DNA from: Perkinsus chesapeaki ATCC PRA-425
Lineage: Eukaryota > Protista > Perkinsozoa
DNA length: 59,037 nucleotides
Direction: 5' to 3'
Assembly (NCBI GenBank): GCA_013115145.1
Contig: JAAPAO010000166.1
Location: 1 to 59,037, forward strand
The stretch's first letter is position 1. Every line of letters starts with the position of its first letter. The position numbers were made by a program, and so were the translations under genes. Of this stretch, positions 10,195-21,580 are shown piece by piece. The notes beneath the pieces are model-generated. The model saw only the letters and a program-made list of their open reading frames with translations, did no database searches and was not told the DNA's origin.

Positions 10195-13100
10195 TCAAGG
10201 ATGACACACCTTCTTATGAGACGGCCAAGCTCTCCGTTGGCACTCAACGCTGCAGTAGAAAACGTGCTTGCAGCGAGAACACGCCTTTCCGCCTTCCTTT
10301 CCGCACACTTCGCATTGGTGGTCGTTGCTGGCAGCAGCAGCCGGATGGCCATTCAAGGCACCAGGCAGAACTGCTGAGCTGCTGGAGGCGCTCCCTGAGC
10401 TCTTCTTCGAGGCGGTAGTCTTCTTGCCTTTCTTTTTCATCGACTCACCGGTGATGCCGGCACCTCTCAGGAGATTAGTCAAGTCAGCGTCACCAAGTCC
10501 AGTCTCGGCAGCACTCATCATCTTTTTCATCAATGCTGGATCTTCAAATATCTTCCTTTGCACTTCTTCCAGCATGTCAGTTGGTGACTTCGTACTCTCG
10601 GTGGAGCTGGCGTCGGAATCCATTCCCAAAGGTGAATACACAGGGAAAATGACAATGGGCTTGAAGTGCGATAAAGCGGTAGCCGATAGAGGTGAGCCTT
10701 GCCAGTCTAACCATGGCAGCCAGAAGCTCTCTCCGCTGGATGCGTTAACATCACAATTAAACCCACAGGAGATGTTCGCCAACTGCACTGCCGCTGGGAC
10801 ATAACCTTCCACGAAGTAGTCGAGTTCTCCGGAGGGCTTGTCACATAGAAGCTCCCGGATACCATATTTAGCTGCGACCTTGCGCAACTCTGATTTCAAG
10901 TCTTTCGGCACTTCGTCGCCAAAGATGCACACTCCGGCTCGAATTGTAGGGCCCCAGTTCCAATCATAGCGGACCTCCCCAGATAGTAGCAGCAAAGCCT
11001 GTGTCATGTCATCACACTCGAGGGTTGCTATAGCACGACCGTTCCAAGGCTGACCTCTCTCCCGGTCCTCCAGAGTCGTGGCATAAATGCGGCCCACAGT
11101 TTGTCTCAGACAGTTCATGGCCGACTCCAAGTTGCCTCTTACCGAAACAGGTATTTGCCTTCCCATAAGGCAAACGTTAACCCACCCACCAGCGTTGCTG
11201 ATGGAAGAGAGCGCTTGATCACTGAGAGTAGGGCAAGCGATTGCACACTGTTTCGTGGCGAGGATTGCTCTCGGCAAGGCATTCTTAGTGTCTTTGGCAG
11301 TAAGCCGCTGACCATAGGTAACAGGAATAGTTATATTGATAACGCCTTCTCCTCTTGAGACCTTCAAATGGACATTGTTAAGTGCGACATCAGCAACCAT
11401 TGAGAAAGACGCCAAGCAAGAGCCCGATGTAAGAACCTCTACCACTGCAGGATCGCTTGCACACAACCTAACCGAGATCGGCTTCTTCTGTTGCAGAAGC
11501 TTCAACTTTTCATTGTCGACGAGTTTACCAACAAACCTCAGGCAGCCATCAACGAGCCACTCTCGAGTCGTGAACTTGAGGGTATTGCATTCTACCAAAG
11601 AGGAAGTCTGCTGACGCGGGTCGCCGAGAACTCTGCGCGGCACCTCCTTTACACGAATCAACTTGGTCGGTATCTCCGTCAGGCCGCATATGGACTCAAC
11701 ACTTTTGAACAAGGCACTGGTGCCGCCATGTAGGCTGCTGTCGTAGACAATACGAGGGATAACAGCAACCAACTGACGATCGCTTATCATTCTAGCGGGG
11801 AACGATATATAGATGCCCGCGGGATGGCGGAAGCAGACCTCAACGGTTCGATAATCGGCACTTCGATCGATATCCTTTTGGCTCATCGTGTCATAAGGCG
11901 CCTTCTCGGTCCAAGTGCAGGGCATTTCCAAAAGGACCTCGTAGATAGGAGTAGAGGTCATAAACACCTTCTCATAGGGGAACACACCGTGAAGAGACAA
12001 TGAGAGGCGTAAGGCCTCGTAGCATCCAACAGAAGGGTGCATAGGGTTACGCTCCATCCTCTTTTGCAGAGACGCCTCACAAAGCAATGCGAACAGGTCA
12101 TCCTTGGCGAACAAGAGATACTCGGATCTTACCAAGGAGTCGACAAGTCTGGACATCAGGGCGATGCCTGTAGGCATACTGAAGTGAGGGACAGTGACGT
12201 ACTCCAGTACTTTGAACAAAGCCTCTTGCATTTGAGGAGAGTCCTCCACTCGAATCTCATCAACAGGCTGATGGCACCTCCGCCATCTAAGAAGGAGGCT
12301 GCCGGCGCCGGTATCCTTCATTGCCTCGGACATCATGATACTGGTGACCGATCTCGGGTAAGGCGTCCAGAGGAGGGAGGGATCAGCCTTGGCCTGCGAG
12401 TCCTGATCATCTTCCGAGTGCATTCGGTCAAGCTGAACTCCACATGCATAAGGTATCATCCAAAGAGGAACTCCACATAGTGACCTTTTAATAACACTTC
12501 TGTCACTCAGCCCAAATGCCTTCATCACATCAGTAGCCAAAGTGGCCCTCGGATTCTCACTGCGAGGAGCCAACAAAGGAGACGCGCTCAATAGAAGTGA
12601 CAAAGCACCCAAGTTATCAGCAAGGTTCGATGTATCAATGAAGTCAAAGTGCCTGGGCACCCCGAGCTTGTTCATTTCCTTCACCTCTGCCTTCACCCGA
12701 GGGATGTCGTCTAAGGACCATGCTCTCGGATCTGGCCTCAGAACGTCACATAGGGCAAAGGCGTCACCACAGTACCACACCACTTGATTCCGGCGTGTTG
12801 AGAGGCCCTGGGCCAAAGCTCTAGTCCGAAGCCCGAAGGCTTCGAATGCCCATCCAAGAGTAGCCGTACCACGTTTGCAACAAGCTGATGAGGATGCGAA
12901 GTCAGTCTGAGGTGCTGCCATCGTCGCCAGAATGTCAGCGAGTTCCGGCGCAATACAGCAATAGGGATTGGCACCGTAGTGGACACGCCAAAGCTTGCTG
13001 ATGGCTTCGACTGTGCTTTTCTTATTGAAAGTCGTAACAGCTTTACGGAGATTGCACTTGTCGGCGAAAAAGGTGGGATTCAAAGTGCTCCGCTTGTGGC

Positions 13101-13959
13101 TTCCGATAGGAGAGATCTTAGCAATCGTAGAACCAGATGAGCAAATATTCGACACTCCGACGAAACCGTCCTTTTGAAACTCATCCACTGCGTCTGCATA
13201 GGCCTTGTTCTTGGTCACGACAGATGCCACCAATAGATCCACTTGGGTGCCCTTCCGTCCGAGCCTCTCCGGTATGCACTTGCGCGCATCAAGAATCTTT
13301 TGCACCACTTTCTCATCGCTGAAGTCGCCATTATCGAAAGCGTCCTTCCACCATTCCAAGACGTCGATCACCTTCTGCTTATTTCCAGTGACTGAAACGC
13401 CGCATTTCGCCAGCAAGCTGTCAGCCCAGGAGTCATCAGACCCCATCATAACGCAGAGCTCTCCGATGACGTCACGGATGAGGGAAGCAGTTTCCGAGGA
13501 CACTATTTCACAGTAGACGGCCTCCCATGCAAGAGCAATGGTGGATACGGACATGTCGCTCTTCATAATGAGCTGCAAGTAGACCAAGGACCTTGCTATA
13601 ATACATGGCTCGAAGTCGCAGCAGACAGCTTGGAGCGGTGTAGTCGACCAGTCGTCACTATCGAAGGTACCCGAAATGCTATTGAGGTACATTGTGTGGG
13701 CCACCGAGGACAAATCACTGCACCCAAGCAAAAGCGCACGTATCGGTTGCTTAGGTGCCGTGCCACGACAGGTGATTGCTAAATCACGAGGGGGAGTGTT
13801 AGTGTAAGGATAGAGATAAGTCCATCTGTAGACGAAGGAGCTGACGGGGGAACAACTGAGGCGGACTGAGTCGGTCATCGTGGAGGGGAAAATGCACAAC
13901 AAAGCCCTGAGGGTGGCCTGCAGCTCTTCACGTGAAAACGCGAGCGACCGTATCCGCAT
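10195..13959 (-). CDS. DUF4470-domain protein with C-terminal MYND zinc finger, 1254 aa, intronless (alternative start 13878)
   Basis: N-terminal YLYPYTNTPP...ALLLGCSD...CCDFEPCIIARS and internal FDFIDTSNLADNLG...SPLL match DUF4470-family motifs. C-terminal CEVCGKEGGKACSRCKHVFYCSVECQRRAWPSHKKVC is a canonical zf-MYND. Confidence 0.9.
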   Translation of the reverse strand: MRIRSLAFSREELQATLRALLCIFPSTMTDSVRLSCSPVSSFVYRWTYLYPYTNTPPRDLAITCRGTAPKQPIRALLLGCSDLSSVAHTMYLNSISGTFDSDDWSTTPLQAVCCDFEPCIIARSLVYLQLIMKSDMSVSTIALAWEAVYCEIVSSETASLIRDVIGELCVMMGSDDSWADSLLAKCGVSVTGNKQKVIDVLEWWKDAFDNGDFSDEKVVQKILDARKCIPERLGRKGTQVDLLVASVVTKNKAYADAVDEFQKDGFVGVSNICSSGSTIAKISPIGSHKRSTLNPTFFADKCNLRKAVTTFNKKSTVEAISKLWRVHYGANPYCCIAPELADILATMAAPQTDFASSSACCKRGTATLGWAFEAFGLRTRALAQGLSTRRNQVVWYCGDAFALCDVLRPDPRAWSLDDIPRVKAEVKEMNKLGVPRHFDFIDTSNLADNLGALSLLLSASPLLAPRSENPRATLATDVMKAFGLSDRSVIKRSLCGVPLWMIPYACGVQLDRMHSEDDQDSQAKADPSLLWTPYPRSVTSIMMSEAMKDTGAGSLLLRWRRCHQPVDEIRVEDSPQMQEALFKVLEYVTVPHFSMPTGIALMSRLVDSLVRSEYLLFAKDDLFALLCEASLQKRMERNPMHPSVGCYEALRLSLSLHGVFPYEKVFMTSTPIYEVLLEMPCTWTEKAPYDTMSQKDIDRSADYRTVEVCFRHPAGIYISFPARMISDRQLVAVIPRIVYDSSLHGGTSALFKSVESICGLTEIPTKLIRVKEVPRRVLGDPRQQTSSLVECNTLKFTTREWLVDGCLRFVGKLVDNEKLKLLQQKKPISVRLCASDPAVVEVLTSGSCLASFSMVADVALNNVHLKVSRGEGVINITIPVTYGQRLTAKDTKNALPRAILATKQCAIACPTLSDQALSSISNAGGWVNVCLMGRQIPVSVRGNLESAMNCLRQTVGRIYATTLEDRERGQPWNGRAIATLECDDMTQALLLLSGEVRYDWNWGPTIRAGVCIFGDEVPKDLKSELRKVAAKYGIRELLCDKPSGELDYFVEGYVPAAVQLANISCGFNCDVNASSGESFWLPWLDWQGSPLSATALSHFKPIVIFPVYSPLGMDSDASSTESTKSPTDMLEEVQRKIFEDPALMKKMMSAAETGLGDADLTNLLRGAGITGESMKKKGKKTTASKKSSGSASSSSAVLPGALNGHPAAAASNDHQCEVCGKEGGKACSRCKHVFYCSVECQRRAWPSHKKVCHP

Positions 13960-14015
13960 TTTATTAGTCCTTGAAGAGACTCACAAAAAGCACGATAATC
14001 GCCTCGTGGGTAGTC

Positions 14016-14034
14016 CCTGAGCCAAAAGTGTTAC
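14016..14034 (-). other. Candidate spliced-leader (SL) relic upstream of the intronless MYND gene
   Basis: Minus strand GTAACACTTTTGGCTCAGG matches 15/19 to the dinoflagellate SL core GTAGCCATTTTGGCTCAAG and 14/19 to the Perkinsus form GTAGCCATCTTGGCTCAAG. It is in sense orientation, 57 nt before the first ATG. Confidence 0.4.
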
Positions 14035-14276
14035 TGAAAGATTACGGAAGCGCTGGGCGCTCAACGACATAACATCATGTTATTAACATGACATTGAAAA
14101 GGCTATCAACCTACCGCTTCGGAGACAAGGCAACACAACAATTTCATAGGAACTATATTACCGTTCCGATACTATTACAGAGAACGTAATTTATGAGATT
14201 TAAACCGACTTGAACTGCAACAGGCATATAGTTAATTAGAAACGTTTCCTTCGTTTTCGTGGGAAGCCAACAGAAT

Positions 14277-15664
14277 TTATACTCTGCATGCTGGACTTGA
14301 GCTCACTCGCCTCGGGATCATCCAACCATCCCTCATCAGCGAACCTGAACTAGAACTTCTACTGCTACTATCATCAGTAGACTCAATAATAGAAACACAC
14401 TGCATGGTATCAGCACACCTGACGATTGCCCATCGTCCTTCATGAACTCCTTGATGCATCCAATCTTCCAAGGGCTCTTCGTCGGATACATACAGCTTTG
14501 GCTTCTCATCAATGATCGCAGCATCCTCCACAGGTGCCTGAGAATGCTACTCATGGCCGATAGAACACCCGGATTCCTCAGTGACTCACCTTCGTGCACA
14601 ATTCCGGGTTCCAAGAGCTTTCGGATTCTCCCCAAGCCTCCGAGTGATACTGCCACGAGTTCCCCCAGTGGCCACCATTCTCCTTCGAACGCCACTCTGA
14701 CCAACTCTGGGCCGACCAATCCCCGTTGCTTCTCCATTGATAGTTGCCATTCCAAGCCTGCCACTTGTCTTCCCGATGCCCCTAAATAGCATTCTACATG
14801 GGAATGCAGGCAGCATCTTACTGGTAGGCTGTTCCATGCTTGATGAGCTTCTATAGGCTTGTGCTCTGGCGGCATTCGACCATCTTCCATATCCCATTTA
14901 TGAAGAGCTTGCTTCCACAGCCTCAAACGCCTGCAGCAGCACACGGAGCCTCTCTACAACAACAGTTACATCGAGTATAGACACCTTCACGCCACGTCGT
15001 CATGGCATAATTATACTTATATACGGTAGTACTTCACAGACACTGTGTTTCATATATGACACTAGGCGTTAGAGAAAGCATGTATCACACAGTACTGCTG
15101 TACTTAGACCGAAATGAAGTGAAATCTGAATTCATCGTATATCAACAATGCTGCAACCGAAAAGCGAGAGCCACCAAGTCGGTGTACGCCCGCCACGAAA
15201 ACAATTGGGTAGAATAACACAATCTGCGCAACCCACAGTGAATCACACACCCTTCAAATGCTCGCTTAGAATCGGTTCCGTCAACTCGCGGTGTCGACGG
15301 ATGAGCAGGGTTCTTCGGATCTCGATCTGCTCTGAAACAACAAGCCTTACTCGAGCACAGTCCTGTCCATCTTACTTCTCAACAAGCCTTGTATAGTTCT
15401 GGTATCCACGGCTCGTTTTGGCTATACGGATCTGTTTCTGTCGCTGTGCTAGTATTCGCTCCATAGGAGCCCGTTGTGACGAATTCATCCTGCTAGGAGA
15501 AGCTTAACAGGACTTCATCAGGTCCCAATGGGACCGTCCCATCTCCACAAACAACCAAACGCAATATCGATAATAGTATGGACGCTTTGTCAAAGTGAGC
15601 CTATTCGAGAGACAAGGAAGCATGTTAGGGGAGGAAAACCTAACCTCGCTCCACAATACGCCAT
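14277..15664 (-). CDS. SLBP: Histone mRNA stem-loop binding protein (SLBP RNA-binding domain), multi-exon
   Basis: Exons ~15376-15489, 15251-15331 and ending at 14930 splice to ERILAQRQKQIRIAKTSRGYQNYTRLVEKADRDPKNPAHPSTPRVDGTDSKRAFEGRLRLWKQALHKWD. This matches the SLBP consensus RRQKQI-x-GKNT-x-Y...HP-x-TP...S-x-R-x-W...WK-x-ALH-x-WD. The start (GCCACCATGG at 15664 or ATG at ~15488) is tentative. Confidence 0.88.
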
Positions 15665-15889
15665 GGTGGCTAGTACTATGACCAAACTACTGGGCAAAAG
15701 CAATGGAGATGGCGGCCATATCAGGCGATTAGCGTGCTCGAAGGTTCGGAAACATCATAACAGCCAGGTGGTGAGCTTCGAAGTGAAGTACGATGAGCCA
15801 GCAAGTAACGAATCTGCAATACAGTAAGCCAATAATGACAATCAGAGAACAGCTTTGTCCAACCATGAAGAGCAAATGCATGACTCTTA

Positions 15890-18669
15890 TTAACCACCAT
15901 GGATGTTCAATAAGTTTATGAAAATGTTATGGTTTGGTCCAAACCGATCGGGAGACAGACGTTGTGTAAAAAGCAAGTGACGTGGAACTACATCTGCGAG
16001 GCTGGCATTGTTGGCAGGCCAGTCTGATTGTCGGATGCCCAATACTGCAGCAACCAGAGCGAAGACATGTACCTACATATGACCAGTCATGATGAGGATC
16101 TCGTAGAGATTGGAACCATGAACTGCTGAAATAGGGAATATTGGTGGCAGTAATAAAATGAGAAGAGTTAACGAAACCCAGATAACAAATTTTCAAATAC
16201 CTTTGGTTACGATTGGCGAAGATGACCTGGTCGATTAGCGCGTGCCCCTACATTCTTAAATGGCTTCTGCACACAACGACTCCGTCTTATCATCGGACCG
16301 GCAGCGATAAATATTGGCCACATACTTTTCAGTCTGAAAAGAATGTGGGCAAACTACTGTACGGTGCGCATGTATGGTGAATCGACACACTTGTTGTCGT
16401 AGCCATGATTACCACCACCCTTATAGGGTTCTCCAAGGTACGTCACCCATCCCTCCTCACATACACATACCTACAACCATCTCTCTCAGTCTTAGCGGTA
16501 GAGGGTCGCTGCTACCACAGGCGGAATACGGTCGTTGTTCTTATAATGCCAACGGTTTGGCAACTGGTCACGGAGGTAGCAGTCCATATGCCCTTCACCA
16601 ATTCTCTCGAGTGAGTTCCGGATACAATTGGCTTGTGACACATCATGTGGCCATACATGAGTAACCGGTCCAGTCGTTGTGACGTTAACTCTACGGAGGA
16701 CAACACTCGCACCGCTAATGGCGGTATTAAGTACAATTTACGGAACGCCGGAGGACAACACTCGCACCGCTAATGGCGGTATTTAGTACAATTTACGGAA
16801 CGCCGGAGGAATATGCATGAAAATCCAATCCAGCACATTCCACAAGTATAACAGTTTTTGCTCCTGCCCACGCAATTCCTCCTATCGGGACACGATCGCA
16901 CAAAATTGGACTGATTCGCTCGGGCCCTATCGGCACGAGGCTATCGGTCGTCATCACGAAGTAGCCCATCGCTGCAGTGCGCGGGCTAGGCACGGCAGCG
17001 CCCCAGTTAACTCTTCTATATTTCTGTGAGCTCTCTTCACCATAACTGCCCGCAAATACTTACGTCTTAGGGTCCAAACCCCGAGCCAGATCGATTCCAG
17101 GATGGGTTACGGCGGCCATGCCGTGGTCACTGGTAAGGATCACATGAACCGAACCTAAGCATGGCGGCGGTGCAGCAATTGACGCTGATGCCATCATCAT
17201 GATACCATCTATCTCTTTGATCCTTCGGCGTAAGACACCAATCGCAGCATCAACTCTTCGTACTGCGGCCAGAACTTCTTTACTTCCTGGGCCGTATTCG
17301 TGACCCGAGCTATCTGGCTCTTCAAAGTACCTATACATGGAATGACGAGGGCGCAGCGGAGCGATACAAGATCCAATTCTCCTGTGAAGCAGAATCGAAA
17401 GAGACTATAGAGACAGTAAGCTTCAAAGGAATTCAGTAATAGCCCCACTGTCTCTTCCTCGAAGCTGCAAAGCATAATAGTATTAACTCCGGATAGATTT
17501 GTTTCAGGTTGCCCAGCATCCCTCCGACAATCGAGCTATTTTGAATAACTAGGTTTCCCTAGAGCCGCCGCTCTTGGGCTCATTTTAACCTGATTCCTCT
17601 CTCAGGCTGGTAAAGTGAATAAATGATAAACGACTGGTACAATTTCACAAGAGCACTAGCGTAATGCCGGCAAGCATTCGAAGCATTGGACTCAGCATCC
17701 CGACCTACAGCATCCCGAGACGGACACCTTGATCCTTAACCATAATATCAATAAGCTTATCAGTCCTCTCGTGAAAACCAAGGCTTCTGTTGTAGGGAAA
17801 GTTATACCTGAATAGCAATCATCCCAAATCAACAGCATGTCTATATTCTGAATATATCCCCGTAATTTTCTCTATCGGACAGTTTAATTAGTTTTTGTGA
17901 GAATTTTTCTCACTTCAGCGCAGCCTAGACAAACCCGTGATGCTCACGGCGTTAACAACTCCAACACAGCTCACTTCTCCCCGACCATGGACTCACGTAG
18001 GCCTTAAACCATGAACAATCCTATCGCAGCCAACCCAGTTAATGCACGCAGATTTGATACCAAGGCGGGTGGTAGTACCCCAAATAGGCTCTGCTTCTTG
18101 GAAGAAACTGACAAGTTCCGAGCGCTATCAAGAGCAACCTCATCTGCCGTTGCTCACTCGCTGCCTGTGCCCGACGGGGTAAACATCTCCTTCAGATGAG
18201 GATCCCACATAACGTTTGAGATAATGCCATGAGTCTCCTCCCAAGCACCAGTCGCCAAGGTCCAATGATTTGGAAATGTTATTGTTGTGAAGGCGTTCTC
18301 CAAGTGATGCACCTGAGCCGAGACTCGCGAACGAACCCGGCGATAGCCAACGACTTCGACAAGTGCGATTTGTGGTAAAACCGGGGTCGGCAGGAATCCA
18401 ATCTATAAAGTGCGAATCCGTAGGCCCCTAGGCTCGTCACGAGCTCAGATGTGTCACTTGTCAGAGCTCAGGCATCCGATGAACAAAATAAGAGGTGTTA
18501 CTTGGAGGCCCTTTCCCCGGAACCAATCCAGATTGGGTGTTGAGGTATTGCCATAATAATCCCAACGAAAGCCGTCCATGCTGACCATGATAACTTTGGT
18601 CTCAGGCTTACAGGAGCATGCGAAACATAGTGCTGCTGTAAACAAGAGAATGACACCAGGCAGCAGCAT
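15890..18669 (-). CDS. Type I phosphodiesterase / nucleotide pyrophosphatase (ENPP/alkaline phosphatase superfamily), secreted, multi-exon
   Basis: Signal peptide MLLPGVILLFTAALCFA followed by motifs VSMDGFRWDY, TITFPNHWTLATG (catalytic Thr), YFEEPDSSGH, LTSDHGM, NDRIPP, GNHGYDN, MWPIFIAAGP and VHVFALVAAVLGI. Confidence 0.92.
16694..16810. repeat. 55-bp tandem repeat, ~2.1 copies, inside an NPP intron
   Basis: Unit CGGAGGACAACACTCGCACCGCTAATGGCGGTATTWAGTACAATTTACGGAACGC starts at 16694, 16749 and 16804 (partial). The two full copies differ at one position. Confidence 0.9.
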
Positions 18670-18832
18670 TTTACAAAGTAAGAGAAATACTAAAACCGTA
18701 ATAATTAAGTTCATTCAGACCAAGCACTGATGGGGATATACAACGGTAATAATAGTAACACCACTTGAGAGAAGGATAAGAAACGCTAAGTAATTAATAC
18801 CTACTTTAGTAGATAATATTGCACCGCTTGCT

Positions 18833-21068
18833 TTATACATTATGTCGCTTTGCTTTCTTAGAAGTGGCGTACATGTCAAAAGCGTCCATTTCTCGAGACT
18901 CATCAGCAGCATTCTGTAGCTCTACTGCAGTGGAGTCATCGACTACGGTCTGCTGTGCGAAAGATAAAATAATACCGCAGACACCCCACAGGCAGAAGGC
19001 CAGTGTGAAAGCTGTGACGCGATCGCCGAGCAGCCATACAAGGCCGCAGACCATCGCAGGACCAAGCCCTTTACCGAGGTCGTCCATCAACGTGAAAGCC
19101 GCGAAAACAGTGCCTCTAGTTTTCGCTGGATTCACGTTCATGAGAATCCCCTTTATATTAGGGCCCGATATCGCCGCCAGCCCACCGAGACTTATCCATA
19201 GCGCTGGATTCGGGTAACCTCGGAGCATCAGGACCATTGGCAGCGGGGAGAGGATATTAGTGAGGGCGATGAACTTGGGCAGATCCTGCCGTCTGTTGTT
19301 GTATATGCGCTGACCCATATCACCACCGGCAATAGAAAATACCAAACAAGAGATACCAAATGACACTAACACGCCAGTTGCCTGATGAACTGTGAGACCA
19401 AGGTTGCTGGCGAGGAAGTCGGGTAGGAAGGTGCTGACCACCGACCAGGCCATGCAACCCGGCAGGGACTGGGCGAACAGTATACGATTCGTAGGGACCT
19501 CAAAGACCGATGAGAACTTCGACAGTGTGAGATCTGCTAGCCTGAATCACGAAATATCCCAGCTCATAGACACAGATGCTCGCGCTACCTGAACCTCGCC
19601 TGCGCTGAGGCGTCAGCTTCCCACGGCGCAGGTGCCTCCGCGCCCTGTACTCCATACCACGCCCGCGCGGCTTCAGCGCGCCGTCTGACAATGCACACTA
19701 GTGACACGTTCGCAGCAGTTTCCACGTACGGTGAAAGCGCTCCGTGGTTAGTCGGTGGTCTAGTCCCCACTGGAATGTAATGACGAGACTTCTTCTTGCT
19801 GCCGACCTTCCTCAGAACTATCATGGCGAGGAGGACCTGAGGTGGACAGGAGTGATACTATTGCCAACACACCACTGAGATAGGGAGCCCTGAAACGTCG
19901 CGGAGAGCAGTTGCTACTATGCAGGCTGTTTACGGAGCATCTGGTCAGAGATTCAAGGACTGACCCTCGGTTCCCACTGATAATGCATTCCACATATTAA
20001 ATTTCAACACCCTGTAAAGATAATTCGGAACATTGTTTACAAATATGCTCCAACTTATTGCTCCAATCGGCCAGCTTATAGGTAATATCCGACGCTCATA
20101 CACAGTCGAGTCGACAGTGCAAATAAGCATCGAGTGCACTCCCCTCAAGGGCGTACAATTGCAGTGATCAGCGTCGGCACGCTCAGCATCAGATACACCT
20201 TCCGCCAGCCGTACAGAGGCCCCATCCAACCGGAGAACGCTTGACCAATCGCGGCGCCGCCTGAGCGTAAAGAAATATTCTCCAACGTAGGCTTCGGAGG
20301 GCCTACTCGAAGATGTGGTACCTAGCAAGGCACAGAGCATATTCCTCTGTGTAGGCGGGGCTAGCTCGGAGGCGATAGAGAAAAGTACAGGCAGTGAACC
20401 TGAAGTGAAGATTAAAGAGGCGTATTAAAGGGGTACCTTACCACCAACAGAGATGCCTGTCGCTATTCGACATAGGAGGAAGTATACAAAACCGGTGCTG
20501 CCATTGGGTACACAGGCCGTCAGAAGGCTCGCAGAACCTGATAGCCACTGACCCTATGAAATTCTCAAAAAATAAACTATCGGCAAAATTGTACTCTGTA
20601 AAATTCTTCAACACAATGTATTTTCAGTAAAATTATTTTACCAAGTCTTCGACAACTCGACCGATTCCAACCCGCAGTAGGTAAAGGAAGTGCGGAACTG
20701 TCTACCTGCAATGGCCGTAGCGAAGGCTAAAAGGTGAAACCTTTTCGTGGCGTATTGATCTGCTAGAGGACCGGCGATTATCGAGGACAACCCCCCAACA
20801 ATAAAGAAGCCCATCTGCACCATGCCACCTGAGCAAGGCAACAACAGTAAAATCGAGCAGCAGCAGGGGTGCTGCCGCTACCTAGCTTCCAGTCCCTCTG
20901 GCTTTGGTCGAAAAATTCAAAGTCATCGCCGATAGCATGAAAATTCGGGCTCGCCGCATTCTGGTCGGCGTTTATCAAAAACCCGCTGATGAGCAACACA
21001 AAAATCTGTCTCCAGTTCTCGCCGAAGAGGACCGCGCGCATCGAAACTCCTCCGCTATTCTTCTCCAC
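18833..21068 (-). CDS. MFS transporter (spinster-like/protist MFS-1), multi-exon
   Basis: N-terminus LLISGFLINADQNAASPNF, IIAGPLADQY, CRIATGISVGGSLPVLFSIASEL and GQAFSGWMGPLYGWR. Last exon SGPNIKGILMNVNPAKTRGTVFAAFTLMDDLGKGLGP. Confidence 0.88.
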
Positions 21069-21580
21069 TGCTGCTTTATCAGCCTTGTAGATCTTATCGC
21101 CGTTCTCTAAAGACTCGGCAGCAGCAGCAGCCTTACCTGAATAGGGTCATAAAACAAGAACGCGGTATGAGATATCCAGCGCTTCTTCAGACGCTTTGCG
21201 CGTGCTGAAAAAATCCAACCTTGAAGCTTGCACCTCAGAGCTGCACACTTGGACAGGATAAAAAGGGAAATCAATAATAACATGGTCTACCGAACACACG
21301 CAAGAATGCATTCCTAGCGGCAAGTGATACTAAATCCTACCCGCCCCATTGGTGCGATCGCCACGATGATACAGCCCGTTGGCCACAGCCTCTGCCCACG
21401 GGTTGTTGAACTGCTGCTGCTGTCGGGTGCCTCCTCCTCCAGCGCCAGAGTCAGCACCATTATTATACCCACTTGTACCGTCAATCATGAGAAAACTAAC
21501 TACTAATATTTCCCTTTGTCCCTCGAAACGCGACTACGCTTCCCCTGATAACAGCTTAGACTAGAAACAGGAACCGACAG

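Noticed and set aside
10268-13516. Many plus-strand ORFs opposite the MYND, ATP-grasp and F-box genes
   Set aside because: Antisense shadows of long coding sequences, with no independent signals.
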